Below are positions 9,675-19,225 of a DNA stretch of 47,192 bases, piece after piece (the stretch's first letter is position 1; the number at the start of each line of letters is the position of its first letter). The notes under the pieces are model-generated. The model was not told the DNA's origin. It worked only from the letters and a program-made list of their open reading frames with translations, and searched no databases. The position numbers and the translations under genes are program-made. This DNA is from an uncultured bacterium (lineage in GTDB: Bacteria; Patescibacteriota; Saccharimonadia; Saccharimonadales; Saccharimonadaceae): positions 1 through 47,192 of the forward strand of contig CAURQO010000001.1 of the NCBI GenBank assembly GCA_963527165.1, read 5' to 3'.

Positions 9675-11128
9675 TAAGCGACTACACGCATCGATTTTAT
9701 ATAAATTTTTTATTTTTTGCTGGAATTATTTTTGGTGCAATTGTTTCTATTTATTTGAAAAGTACAATTTTTAGTTCCGTTGTTTGGTTAATTTTATCAT
9801 TAATTTTATTTATTTTTGCATGGATTTATTCGCGAAAATTCTGCCTAATTTTGGCTTTAGTGGCAGGAATTTTATTTTCATTTTGGCGAGGCTCGATTTA
9901 TAATTTCGAAGATTTAAAAGTTGCAAAATTTATCAATAAAACAGAAGTTATTCGATCGATTGTTATCGAAGATCCGGATCTCAAAGAAGATGGAAGTTCG
10001 CAAATTCGAGCAAAAGTTAGCGATATCTCTGGCGATAAAGTTAATATGAAATTTTTCGTTACTTTTAAAACTTCAAAAAAGATTCGGCGAAGTGATGAAG
10101 TTATGATTAAAGGGAGGATTTCAAAGGGTTTTGGTGATTTTTCTGCGGCGATAAAGCGTGGAAAATTGATTGAGGTTACCCCAAAATTAGATTTTATTCG
10201 AGATGCTCGAGATTCTTTTGCGGGCGGGATTCGAAAATTCATCCCTTCGCCAGAGGTGGATTTAGGGCTTGGCTATCTTTTAGGGCAGAAAAATTCATTA
10301 CCCGAGCAGCTGTTAAAAGCCTTGACTATTACAGCATTAACGCACATTGTTGTTGCGAGTGGATATAATTTAACCATTCTGGTTATGACAATACAAAAAC
10401 TTTTTAACAAAATTTCAAGAAAAATTACACTTTTTGGTGGAGTTTTGCTAATTTTGGGTTTTATTTTTGTTGTTGGATTTACGCCATCTATGATGCGTGC
10501 AGGGATTTTGGCGATTTTTGGGCTAATTTTGTGGTATTTTGGTCGAAAGTCTCGTGCTTATTTTTTATTAACATTTGTTGCAGCAACAACATTAATTTTC
10601 GAACCTTCAAATTTACTGAATTTAGGCTGGCAACTTTCTTTCGCTTCATTTTTCGGTGTTTTGATTTTTTCGCCACTTTTACAGAAATATTTTTTCGAAA
10701 AACCAGAAAAACTTAATTCGGTGATGAGCTTATTTTTTGAAACTTTAAGCGCACAAATTATCACATTGCCACTAATAATTTTTACTTTTGGCACGGTAAG
10801 CTTAATATCGATTTTTGCCAATATGCTAGTTTTACCATTTGTACCGGCTGCAATGCTTACAACATTTTTGACTGGAATTTTTTCATTAGTACCGTTTATT
10901 GCTAAGATTTTTGGATTAATTGCGGAATTTATTTTGAAATATTCGATTTTTATAATTAATGAATTTTCTAAATTTGATGGAGCGCAATTAGAAATTCAAA
11001 GTGGATTTAATGAAATGCTAATCTGTTATTTTTGCTTAATTTTGTTGGTGATTTTTATGTCAATAAAAGTTAGAAAAAATGAAAATGATATAGCCGGAGC
11101 TTTAAACGATGCTGATAATATGATATAA
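9671..11128 (+). CDS. comEC: ComEC/Rec2 family competence protein (no C-terminal beta-lactamase domain)
   Basis: OB-like region, then HIVVASGYN, PSMMRA, GWQLSF, ANMLVLP. Confidence 0.9.
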   Translation: MISDYTHRFYINFLFFAGIIFGAIVSIYLKSTIFSSVVWLILSLILFIFAWIYSRKFCLILALVAGILFSFWRGSIYNFEDLKVAKFINKTEVIRSIVIEDPDLKEDGSSQIRAKVSDISGDKVNMKFFVTFKTSKKIRRSDEVMIKGRISKGFGDFSAAIKRGKLIEVTPKLDFIRDARDSFAGGIRKFIPSPEVDLGLGYLLGQKNSLPEQLLKALTITALTHIVVASGYNLTILVMTIQKLFNKISRKITLFGGVLLILGFIFVVGFTPSMMRAGILAIFGLILWYFGRKSRAYFLLTFVAATTLIFEPSNLLNLGWQLSFASFFGVLIFSPLLQKYFFEKPEKLNSVMSLFFETLSAQIITLPLIIFTFGTVSLISIFANMLVLPFVPAAMLTTFLTGIFSLVPFIAKIFGLIAEFILKYSIFIINEFSKFDGAQLEIQSGFNEMLICYFCLILLVIFMSIKVRKNENDIAGALNDADNMI

Positions 11129-11135
11129 TTGAATT

Positions 11136-11564
11136 GTGAAAACTTTCGAAAAAGATATAAATTCAACCGAGGATATGATTGCTTTCGGTGAAGAAATTGG
11201 CTCACAAATTTCGGGCGGAACAGTTTTGGAATTGATTGGTGATGTTGGCGCTGGAAAAACAACCTTTACAAAAGGTTTGGCGCGCGCTTTAGGGGTTTTT
11301 GAGACAGTTCAAAGCCCAACTTTTACGATTTCAAGAATTTATGAAGGTGAAAAAATGATACTTTCTCACTATGATTTTTACAGATTGGGAGATTATGGAA
11401 TTATGGAAATGGAGCTTGCAGAAAGTTTAGAAAATCCGAATAATATAACAGTTGTAGAATGGGCTGGCGATCTTGCGAATATTTTGCCTAAAAAACATTT
11501 AAGATTAACTTTTGAAAGTGTGAGTGAAGATTGTCGAAAAATTAAAGTGGAAGAAACGGAATGA
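11136..11564 (+). CDS. tsaE: t6A biosynthesis ATPase TsaE
   Basis: GDVGAGKTTF, VQSPTF, HYDFYRL, VEW. Confidence 0.95.
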   Translation: MKTFEKDINSTEDMIAFGEEIGSQISGGTVLELIGDVGAGKTTFTKGLARALGVFETVQSPTFTISRIYEGEKMILSHYDFYRLGDYGIMEMELAESLENPNNITVVEWAGDLANILPKKHLRLTFESVSEDCRKIKVEETE

Positions 11565-11938
11565 TTTTATTTTTGGATACATCGAGTGAAAAATGTAAAA
11601 TTTGGCTCGATCAGGAATATTTTGAAAAAGAATTCGGGCGAGATATGGCGCGAGATATTTTGACTTTTCTGGAAGAATCTCTGACAAAAATTGAGAAAAA
11701 ATATGAGGATTTGACCACGATTGGATTTTTTGCGGGGCCGGGGAGTTTTACTGGGTTGAGAATCGGTGCTTCAGTAGCCAACACTTTAGCAGATGGGCTG
11801 AACATTCCGATTGTTGCGATAAGTAAAGATAAAGATTGGCGTAAATTGGCTGAAAAACAATTAAAAAATGGAGAAAACGATAAGATTGCGGTGCCTTTTT
11901 ATGGTAGGGGCGCAAACATAACAAAACCGAGGAAATGA
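11561..11938 (+). CDS. tsaB: t6A biosynthesis protein TsaB (short form)
   Basis: LDTS and GPGSFTGLRIG motifs. Confidence 0.9.
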   Translation: MILFLDTSSEKCKIWLDQEYFEKEFGRDMARDILTFLEESLTKIEKKYEDLTTIGFFAGPGSFTGLRIGASVANTLADGLNIPIVAISKDKDWRKLAEKQLKNGENDKIAVPFYGRGANITKPRK

Positions 11939-13224
11939 TGAAAGATATAATTTCTATAATTATTGGAAGAATAGTCCAATCAATTTTAAGAATTAAAGGT
12001 GGAGGTTCGGCTTTGCCGGGGCTTATTGTTGAAAAAATCAACCCGAATTTTATTTCAAATATACTTGAAAGCTTGCCTCATGGGGTTGTAGTCGTGAGCG
12101 GTACAAATGGAAAAACTACTACAACAAAAATGGTAGTCGAGCTTCTCGAAAGTCAAGGATTGAAAGTTTTTTCTAATAAAACTGGTTCTAATTTTGTGCG
12201 TGGCGTTGGTGCGGCAATTCTCTCTGAAGCGACTTGGAAGGGTAATTTGAATGCTGATATTGCAGTTTTGGAGCTTGATGAAGCTCATGCAACTCATTTT
12301 GTAAAATTAGTTCAACCGCGATATTCGCTTCTTTTGAATGTGATGCGTGATCAGCTCGATCGTTTTGGTGAAATTGATTATACTGCGAAATTATTACAAA
12401 AAATTGGTAAAAATACAACAAAAAGCGTTATTTTGAATGCGAATGATGCTTTTTTGAGTAAAAAAGAGTTTTCGAAAGGTTTTTCGAAAGTAGTTAAGTT
12501 TGGTTTTAACCAGAAGCTGGCAGATTTTTTTCCGAACGATGATGAAATTCACTTCAAAAAAGTGACAAATTTGCATAAAAAAATATCCGCAAATGTGTTG
12601 CTTGAAGGTTTTTCGGATAATTATGCACAGATTTTTTGGGGTGGAAAAACGGATAATTTTAATCTTAAAATTAGTGGGGTTCACAATATTTTAAATTTAA
12701 CGGCAGCGATTGCTCTAGTTGAAGAAATTCTTAAAGTTGAAAGATGTAGAATTAATCGAAAGAAAATTATTTGTGCCGCTGAGAAAATTCATCCAGCTTT
12801 TGGACGCGGGGAAAAGATTAAAATTGATGGCAAAGAAATTGAGATTTTGTTAGTAAAAAATCCGGCAGGTTTTCGAACAAATTTACGAAATTTTAACCCC
12901 GATAATTACGACTCAATGATTGCAATAAATGATAATTATGCTGATGGGCGCGATATGAGTTGGCTTTGGGATGTGGATTTTTCGATTTTGAAGCATTCAG
13001 GTGTTCAGGCTATTTCAGGTTCTCGCGCTTATGATATGGCTATCCGGCTTTTTCATGATGATGTTGATTTTAACGAAGAAAATATTGATTTAAGTATTTC
13101 CGAATCGGTGCAAAATTTTATAAAAGGTGGTCGAGATAAAAAGCGAATTTACGCTACCTACACAGCGATGTTGGAGATTCGAAAAGAGCTTTCGAAAATT
13201 TCAGAATTGGAGAAGATTTTATGA
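11935..13224 (+). CDS. murT: Lipid II isoglutaminyl synthase subunit MurT
   Basis: GSALPG, GTNGKTTT, RDQLDRFGE, KNPAG, DGRDMSWLWDVDF. Adjacent to gatD. Confidence 0.9.
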   Translation: MMKDIISIIIGRIVQSILRIKGGGSALPGLIVEKINPNFISNILESLPHGVVVVSGTNGKTTTTKMVVELLESQGLKVFSNKTGSNFVRGVGAAILSEATWKGNLNADIAVLELDEAHATHFVKLVQPRYSLLLNVMRDQLDRFGEIDYTAKLLQKIGKNTTKSVILNANDAFLSKKEFSKGFSKVVKFGFNQKLADFFPNDDEIHFKKVTNLHKKISANVLLEGFSDNYAQIFWGGKTDNFNLKISGVHNILNLTAAIALVEEILKVERCRINRKKIICAAEKIHPAFGRGEKIKIDGKEIEILLVKNPAGFRTNLRNFNPDNYDSMIAINDNYADGRDMSWLWDVDFSILKHSGVQAISGSRAYDMAIRLFHDDVDFNEENIDLSISESVQNFIKGGRDKKRIYATYTAMLEIRKELSKISELEKIL

Positions 13225-13961
13225 ATTTGAAGATTTTATGGCTTTATGCTGAAAATATGAATATTTATGGCGATTATGGTAATATTTTGGCGCTAAAAAA
13301 ACAAATGGAATTACGCGGAATTAAGTATGAGGTTGTCGAGTATAACCCAGGAGATATTTTTCCGGAAGATGTTGATATTATTGTTGGTGGTGGTGGTCAA
13401 GATTCGGGACAGAACCAAATTCAGGATGATTTGCTGAAAATTGCTCCAAAGCTGAGAGAGTTAGCAAAAAAGGGAACCCCAATGCTGATGATTTGTGGAT
13501 TATATCAGCTTTTTGGTGATTTTTTCGAGACAGTTGGCGGTGATAAAATTAAGGGAATTTGTCTGTTTAAGGGTGTAAAAACTGTTGGTGGTAATCAGCG
13601 AATGATTGGAAATATTGTCGAGGAATCTGAACAATTTGGAGAGATTATTGGTTATGAAAATCATAGTGGAAAAACTTATCTTTCAAAAACAGTTGAACCC
13701 TTGGCTAAAATTAAAAGTGGTTCGGGGAATACTCCTGATAGTGATTTTGAGGGTGCTCGCTATAAAAATGTAATTGGAACATATCTTCATGGTTCAATTT
13801 TGCCAAAAAATCCAAAAATTTCTTTATTTTTGATCGAGGAAGCATTAAAAAATAAGGGTTATGAGATGCCAAAAATTATCTATAAACATATTCGAAAAGC
13901 GAATATTTTAGATAGGATAACAGATAGCGCACGTGAAATTGCGAAAAAATGTACAAGATAG
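13221..13961 (+). CDS. gatD: Glutamine amidotransferase GatD
   Basis: MNIYGDYGN, GGGQD, ICGLYQL, ENHSG, YLHG. Confidence 0.9.
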   Translation: MNLKILWLYAENMNIYGDYGNILALKKQMELRGIKYEVVEYNPGDIFPEDVDIIVGGGGQDSGQNQIQDDLLKIAPKLRELAKKGTPMLMICGLYQLFGDFFETVGGDKIKGICLFKGVKTVGGNQRMIGNIVEESEQFGEIIGYENHSGKTYLSKTVEPLAKIKSGSGNTPDSDFEGARYKNVIGTYLHGSILPKNPKISLFLIEEALKNKGYEMPKIIYKHIRKANILDRITDSAREIAKKCTR

Positions 13962-14003
13962 TTCTTGATTTTTGTGTTAAAATTTGGTAAAATGGTCTGG
14001 TAT

Positions 14004-14078
14004 TGGGATGTCGCCAAGTGGTAAGGCACCAGGTTTTGGTCCTGGCATTCGGGGGTTCGAATCCCTCCATCCCAGCCA
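14004..14078 (+). tRNA. tRNA-Gln(TTG), prophage integration target
   Basis: Anticodon arm CCAGG-TTTTGGT-CCTGG, GGTTCGAATCC, CCA end. Confidence 0.96.
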
Positions 14079-14121
14079 AATTAAGAACACGAGTTAGGTG
14101 TATAGACTGACTCGTGTTTTT
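14037..14121 (+). repeat. attL direct repeat
   Basis: 14037-14099 is identical to 42649-42711 (63 bp). The match extends to 85 bp with 2 mismatches and covers the tRNA 3' half and its terminator hairpin. Confidence 0.95.
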
Positions 14122-14146
14122 CATATTTTCCTTTCTTGGAAAACAC

Positions 14147-14184
14147 AAAAGAGCCGACACATCAGCAGTGGTGTCGGCTCTTTT
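14147..14184. terminator. Bidirectional terminator-like hairpin
   Basis: AAAAGAGCCGACAC-loop-GTGTCGGCTCTTTT. Confidence 0.75.
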
Positions 14185-14572
14185 GTTGTTTCAAATGGAG
14201 TGATTGAGATTTGTACTAATCATTCCATAGAGACAAGAAAAACTCTATAAATAAATTCATACTTTAACAATCTGGCAATTATATCAAATCAATCTAAGAT
14301 TTCAAAAGTGGTTTAAATAGTAAAGAATTAAGAAAAACCAACGAATAGATTTCGAAGATTTAATAATTTCTCAGGCTATTTGAGCTGATAACGATGCCCA
14401 CCCGAGCAGTTGCGGGTTTTGTCATCTCGCAACTGTAGTTATCAGCTTGAACAGCCTGAGAAAGGGAATTATGAACAAAATTAACGAAACCGAGTTCGAA
14501 AAAGAGTTCGAAAAAATCAAGAACTCTAAAATTGAACTCAAACCAACAAAACAAAAACAAGGAGAAAATAAA

Positions 14573-14755
14573 ATGAAAAATATTAAGAAATTTAACTGGA
14601 AAAAATTAATCGAAACAACTAAAACAATTGTAATTTATACAGCCGTTATTGCTGGTTTAGCTTTCTACTTTGGCATGAAACAAGGCGAAGCTAACACAAA
14701 AGTAAATAACGATAAATTAGTTGAGACTATTCGAAATTTAAACCAAAACAAGTAA
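14573..14755 (+). CDS. Small single-TM phage protein
   Basis: AAGGAG RBS before ATG 14573 (alternative start 14471). TM segment IVIYTAVIAGLAFYFG. Confidence 0.7.
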   Translation: MKNIKKFNWKKLIETTKTIVIYTAVIAGLAFYFGMKQGEANTKVNNDKLVETIRNLNQNK

Positions 14756-14787
14756 ATCCAAAGGTATCGAATTCGATAGGTTTAACT

Positions 14788-15204
14788 ATGGCGAATTCGC
14801 CACAATTAAAACCAACTCTCGAAGCTGCGACTAAACAGCCAAGCTCAGCTCAAACTGTGGAGGTTCGAGTTCAGCCCTCGCCCAAAATTGCGAGTTCACA
14901 GGTTGCTGGTCGGTGCGAAGAGTTTCGAGAATTGGTTGAAAAATACCCGTGGAATTCAAAAGTTATGCTGGCAATCGCTCGAGCGGAGAGTAATTGCAAT
15001 CCAAGATCAGACAATTCCGGATTAAATACAAACGGAACTTACGACTACGGATTATTCCAGATCAACAGTATTCACGGCCACAGCCGAAGCATTTTAGCAA
15101 ATCCAGCCAAGAATACCGAGATTGCTTTCAAAATCTGGCAATCGCAAGGTTACCGAGCGTGGGCAGCATACAATAACGGATCTTACTTGAAATTTATGAA
15201 CTAA
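14788..15204 (+). CDS. Lytic transglycosylase (SLT/lysozyme-like domain)
   Basis: AIARAES (catalytic Glu), DYGLFQIN, AWAAY. Confidence 0.85.
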   Translation: MANSPQLKPTLEAATKQPSSAQTVEVRVQPSPKIASSQVAGRCEEFRELVEKYPWNSKVMLAIARAESNCNPRSDNSGLNTNGTYDYGLFQINSIHGHSRSILANPAKNTEIAFKIWQSQGYRAWAAYNNGSYLKFMN

Positions 15205-15222
15205 CCAACATAAGGAGAAAAT

Positions 15223-15450
15223 ATGAATGATAACCAATTAACCAACCAACAAATTAAAGAATTATTCTTTGAAATCGTTTTGAAAGAAAAAGCTTATATC
15301 GAAGATGTCGATTGTGACGGCAAAAACTATGCCACAATCGCAGGCGATATATTTGATGAAGAATTTAACGATTATTTAGATAGCATCGGTTTTTGGGAAG
15401 AATCACCAAGTGTTGAAGCTTGGCGACAATACAACGAAGGAGGATTTTAA
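15223..15450 (+). CDS. Hypothetical phage protein
   Basis: AAGGAG RBS, acidic 75-aa ORF. Confidence 0.7.
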   Translation: MNDNQLTNQQIKELFFEIVLKEKAYIEDVDCDGKNYATIAGDIFDEEFNDYLDSIGFWEESPSVEAWRQYNEGGF

Positions 15451-15451
15451 G

Positions 15452-16132
15452 ATGAACAGTTTAGTCAAATATGTAAATAACGAAGTTAGGATTGAAGAAA
15501 TAAAAGACTCAGCCCGATTGAAAACTATCTTAAACAATCCTGTAAACACTAAGTGGCTTAAAAATCACCCTACCGCAAAAAATGTTAAGTATCTTCCAAT
15601 CGATAAAATCGAAATGCTGCTTGATATGATTTTCCAAGAGTGGCGAATTGAAATTTTAAGCATTTCGCAGCTCGCACAAAGTGTTTGTGCAACAGTTCGG
15701 GTTCATTACAAAAACCCAATCACTGGCGAGTGGAGTTTTCACGATGGTGTTGGCGCAAGTCCACTCCAAACAAACGCTGGTAAATCTGCTGCAGACCTTG
15801 CCAATATTAAGAATAACGCCGTTCAGTTAGCCGCCCCTGCTGCTAAATCTTATGCAATAAAAGATGCAGTTGAACATCTTGGTAAAATGTTTGGTCGAGA
15901 TCTTAATCGAAGTGATACGGTCGGCTATAAATTTTTGTATAAAGATGAGCAGGAACAGCAAAAAGAAGTTAAAGATAATTCGCAAGAACTTATCACTCAG
16001 CTTAAATCTTCGAAAAACCTTAAAGAACTTCAAGCTAATTTCGTTAAAGGAGTTAATAAATTCAAAGGTAATAATGAAGTAATTGAAGAGTTAATTAAAA
16101 TTAAGGACGAATTGAAAGGTCAATTGAAATAA
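15452..16132 (+). CDS. Single-strand annealing recombinase (Rad52/Sak-like)
   Basis: KYLP...LLDMIF, HDGVG, AKSYAIKDA...FGRDL pattern. Adjacent to an exonuclease. Confidence 0.7.
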   Translation: MNSLVKYVNNEVRIEEIKDSARLKTILNNPVNTKWLKNHPTAKNVKYLPIDKIEMLLDMIFQEWRIEILSISQLAQSVCATVRVHYKNPITGEWSFHDGVGASPLQTNAGKSAADLANIKNNAVQLAAPAAKSYAIKDAVEHLGKMFGRDLNRSDTVGYKFLYKDEQEQQKEVKDNSQELITQLKSSKNLKELQANFVKGVNKFKGNNEVIEELIKIKDELKGQLK

Positions 16133-16935
16133 TGAAAATCTTAAACCTTGAACAACGATCAGATGAATGGCTACACTTCCGTGAAGGCAAAATCAGCGGA
16201 AGTAAAGCCAAGGAGTTCGGCACACCTCGAACGGTTTTAAAATCTGAATGGTTAGATCTTGCGGAAAAGTTAAAAATCGAAATTCCACTCAACCAGAAAG
16301 GACAACCAAAAAACTTAACAATTCAAGAACTTAAAGAACTCATCGGTGAAGCTGAAGTTAATAAAAAAGAATGTGAAGTTGAACTTGGTGATGCAATTTA
16401 TAAGCTTATCGCTGAACGAATCGCCAAACCAATCAACGAGAACGATTACGCAGATCGCTTAGGAGATCGCAAATATTCTGCTGCTCTTCGTGGTGAAATT
16501 TTGGAAGAAGAAGCGCGTGAAAAAGTTGCCCAAAAACTTCGCAAAGAAATTATCGAAGGTCGGGTTTGGCAATCTGACATTAACGAAAATATCATTTGTT
16601 CACCAGATGGCGAGATTGCAAATGAAAATGGCGAAATCACTGAAGCTGTAGAGATTAAATGTTTAGACAACTGGAAACAAGTGCGAGCGTTTTATGAACG
16701 GCAAACACCTATCGAATACAGACAGCAAATTATTCAATATTTTGTAGTTAACGAAAAACTCGAAAAACTCTACTTTGCAATGTATTCAGACTCTTTCGCT
16801 CTTGCGCCACAGCTCGAACTCTTAATTTTCGAACTTAACCGTAAGGATTTCGAAAAAGAGATCCAGCGAGCGATTTATTTTGAACAATCTGCTCTCGCGT
16901 TAGTGGAGCAAGAAGTGGAAAAACTATTATTTTAA
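16132..16935 (+). CDS. YqaJ/lambda-type exonuclease
   Basis: QRSDEWLHFREGKISGS, CSPDG, VEIKC, Q..QY. Confidence 0.88.
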   Translation: MKILNLEQRSDEWLHFREGKISGSKAKEFGTPRTVLKSEWLDLAEKLKIEIPLNQKGQPKNLTIQELKELIGEAEVNKKECEVELGDAIYKLIAERIAKPINENDYADRLGDRKYSAALRGEILEEEAREKVAQKLRKEIIEGRVWQSDINENIICSPDGEIANENGEITEAVEIKCLDNWKQVRAFYERQTPIEYRQQIIQYFVVNEKLEKLYFAMYSDSFALAPQLELLIFELNRKDFEKEIQRAIYFEQSALALVEQEVEKLLF

Positions 16936-16946
16936 GAAAGGATTTT

Positions 16947-17498
16947 ATGACTCAGGAAGAACTTAAAAATATCGTAATTACACCAGAAGAAACTAAAGAA
17001 AGCGGCTATTTCGAGTTTGGTATTCACGAAGTAAAGATTGCTAAAACTAAGATTGATAAGCATGACGATAAACCCTATGCTGAAATCTTTGTTGAAAATG
17101 ATTCTGCCGAAGATCGTGCGCGGCTTTGGTTGCACACTCCCGACACTCGCCGAATCTCAATTGATACCGTGCGAAGAATTTTAGTTCATAATCAGGAAGA
17201 TGAAAGCGTTAAACAAAAGATTCGTGAGAAAATCCAGCAGATTAAAAACTTGGCAGATTTTGCAATTTTACTCGAAAAAACAGTTGGCTGCACTGCTTGG
17301 TTTAAGGTTAGCGAAGATGAAGACCGAACTTATAAAAAGAATGGAGAGATTAAAAAATCAATTAATCGCCGAATTTATGGTTACGAGCCAAAATCTGATA
17401 CTTCAAAAACTCAAGCTGAAACTAAATCTGAAACTCAAGAGCCTGAAGTACCAGACAACTTCGATGAACCAGTTGATTTAAGTGATATTCCTTTTTAA
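16947..17498 (+). CDS. Putative ssDNA-binding protein
   Basis: Acidic tail ending DLSDIPF, located in the recombination module. Confidence 0.65.
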   Translation: MTQEELKNIVITPEETKESGYFEFGIHEVKIAKTKIDKHDDKPYAEIFVENDSAEDRARLWLHTPDTRRISIDTVRRILVHNQEDESVKQKIREKIQQIKNLADFAILLEKTVGCTAWFKVSEDEDRTYKKNGEIKKSINRRIYGYEPKSDTSKTQAETKSETQEPEVPDNFDEPVDLSDIPF

Positions 17499-17507
17499 GG
17501 AGTTAAG

Positions 17508-17957
17508 ATGATCAAGAAAGAAGAACTCTTGCACCTTAAAGTTTGCGACTACCTGCGCAAGAATTATCCTGATGTGCTATTTCGAACCGATTTTAGTTCA
17601 GGCATGAAGATGACACCAGGCCAAGCAGCAAAACACAAGAAATTTCAGAAATCACGAGCTTGGCCAGATTTGTTCATTGCTAAGCCAGAAAAAGATGTTT
17701 TTCGAGATAGCTTCAGTGGCGATAAATATTTCGAATTTTTTGCCGGATTATTTCTTGAGTTGAAAGCTGAAGGCGCAAAACTTTATAAAAAGAATGGTGA
17801 AATGGTTGCAAATAAGCACTACCAAGAGCAAGCAGAAATGCTAGAAAAGTTACGAAAACTTGGCTATTGTGCGGATTTTGCCGTTGGTTACGATCAAGCA
17901 ATTCGAATTATCACAGATTATCTCGGCGAGCCAAAACCAAAGAAAGTTGAATTTTAA
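17508..17957 (+). CDS. VRR-NUC-like PD-(D/E)xK nuclease / resolvase
   Basis: WPDLFI, LFLELK, Q..MLEKLRKLGY. Confidence 0.78.
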   Translation: MIKKEELLHLKVCDYLRKNYPDVLFRTDFSSGMKMTPGQAAKHKKFQKSRAWPDLFIAKPEKDVFRDSFSGDKYFEFFAGLFLELKAEGAKLYKKNGEMVANKHYQEQAEMLEKLRKLGYCADFAVGYDQAIRIITDYLGEPKPKKVEF

Positions 17958-17979
17958 TAACTAAAATGGAAGGATAACT

Positions 17980-18165
17980 ATGAAACAACCTGATATTCAG
18001 CATTTGATTATGCAAGATCTAAAATTTAAAATGTCGGCTTGGCGCGCGATTGCATTTGCTACAGCTATAGCGTTTGGTATTTTACTAGGGCTATTTATCG
18101 GCTCAGAAGCTGAACTCAAAAGCACTAAAGCTAAGCTAAACACTACGGTTGATTGCCGAAAGTAA
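17980..18165 (+). CDS. Small membrane protein
   Basis: RBS and one TM helix. Confidence 0.6.
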   Translation: MKQPDIQHLIMQDLKFKMSAWRAIAFATAIAFGILLGLFIGSEAELKSTKAKLNTTVDCRK

Positions 18166-18221
18166 ATTAAAACCATTTTCCCGACTTCAGGAATATGGTT
18201 TTAAGGAGAAAAATAGAAGAA

Positions 18222-18365
18222 ATGAATGATTTTACTGTTAAATGGATAGATGAAAAAGGCATCGAACGCACCAAAAACTATAAAACCATAGACGATGCAA
18301 CCTACGCTCGAAATTGGCTGCTCAAAAAAGGTGCTAAACAAGTCGAAATATTTATTAACAAATAA
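18222..18365 (+). CDS. Small phage protein (47 aa, not in the ORF track)
   Basis: MNDFTVKWIDEKGIERTKNYKTIDDATYARNWLLKKGAKQVEIFINK, with AAGGAG upstream. Confidence 0.6.
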   Translation: MNDFTVKWIDEKGIERTKNYKTIDDATYARNWLLKKGAKQVEIFINK

Positions 18366-18438
18366 GGAGGAATATGAAAATTGAAATTCAATTTAAAAAT
18401 AGCCAAACTTTAATTCCCGTAAAGGTGATCCCTGCTGA

Positions 18439-18636
18439 ATGAAAGCGATATATCGAGGTGTAGCTTGTGCTGAGCTATTCAACAAGAAATTCGAAGTTCC
18501 GGAACACAAAACGCGAACTTTTGAAAAAACACCTGAAGAAATTAAAAAAGCTTTAAAGATTGAAGAAGATCGAAAAAGATATTTAGACAATCAGCGGAAA
18601 AAGAAAAAAAGAAAGGAGAAATATGAAGAGGTATAA
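18439..18636 (+). CDS. Small basic phage protein
   Basis: ATGA overlap with a 22-codon ORF at 18374-18442 that has a strong AGGAGG RBS. The two may be one frameshifted gene. Confidence 0.5.
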   Translation: MKAIYRGVACAELFNKKFEVPEHKTRTFEKTPEEIKKALKIEEDRKRYLDNQRKKKKRKEKYEEV

Positions 18637-19225
18637 ATTACTTAAGGATTTACCTTTTGCGAAAGCTGGAACGGTATTTACGAGAAATACTTTTAAGAGT
18701 AAAGATGGTCTAAGTGATTATGATTATCTTGAAGCTCATATATTGTTAGATGGTGATCAAGATGAAACTTGCTTTGGTCTTAAGCGAAACTATTTTATAA
18801 ATAATTTTGATCAATGGTTTGAAGAAATTAAAGAGCCTAAAATATTTTTCACTATAGATATTTATAGATCAAAATTTAAAGAAATAAATATTGATTACTA
18901 TTCTGGCTGGAGTGCTTTGGAAGTTAAAAATATAAAAGATTTAGGATTACTATTTAAAACCGTAGAAAAAACTAAAAAGTATCTTAAATATCTAAAAGCC
19001 AAAGAAATTATCAAGCAAGACACCAAAGGATTTAAACCTGATTGGAATAACGGAGATGAAACTAAATTTTTTGGCTACTGGGATTTTATTCTTGAAGAAC
19101 CAGGTCACGGTCTAGACTATAGAGCAAAGACTCCAAATATATATTTCCAGTCCCCAAAAGACATCAAAGAAAGCTTTGCAAAACACCCAGAAGAATGGAA
19201 GACATATTTGACTTATGAGCAATAA
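18623..19225 (+). CDS. Hypothetical phage protein
   Basis: AAGGAG RBS, 200-aa ORF (MKRYKLLKDLP...FKPDW). Confidence 0.75.
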   Translation: MKRYKLLKDLPFAKAGTVFTRNTFKSKDGLSDYDYLEAHILLDGDQDETCFGLKRNYFINNFDQWFEEIKEPKIFFTIDIYRSKFKEINIDYYSGWSALEVKNIKDLGLLFKTVEKTKKYLKYLKAKEIIKQDTKGFKPDWNNGDETKFFGYWDFILEEPGHGLDYRAKTPNIYFQSPKDIKESFAKHPEEWKTYLTYEQ

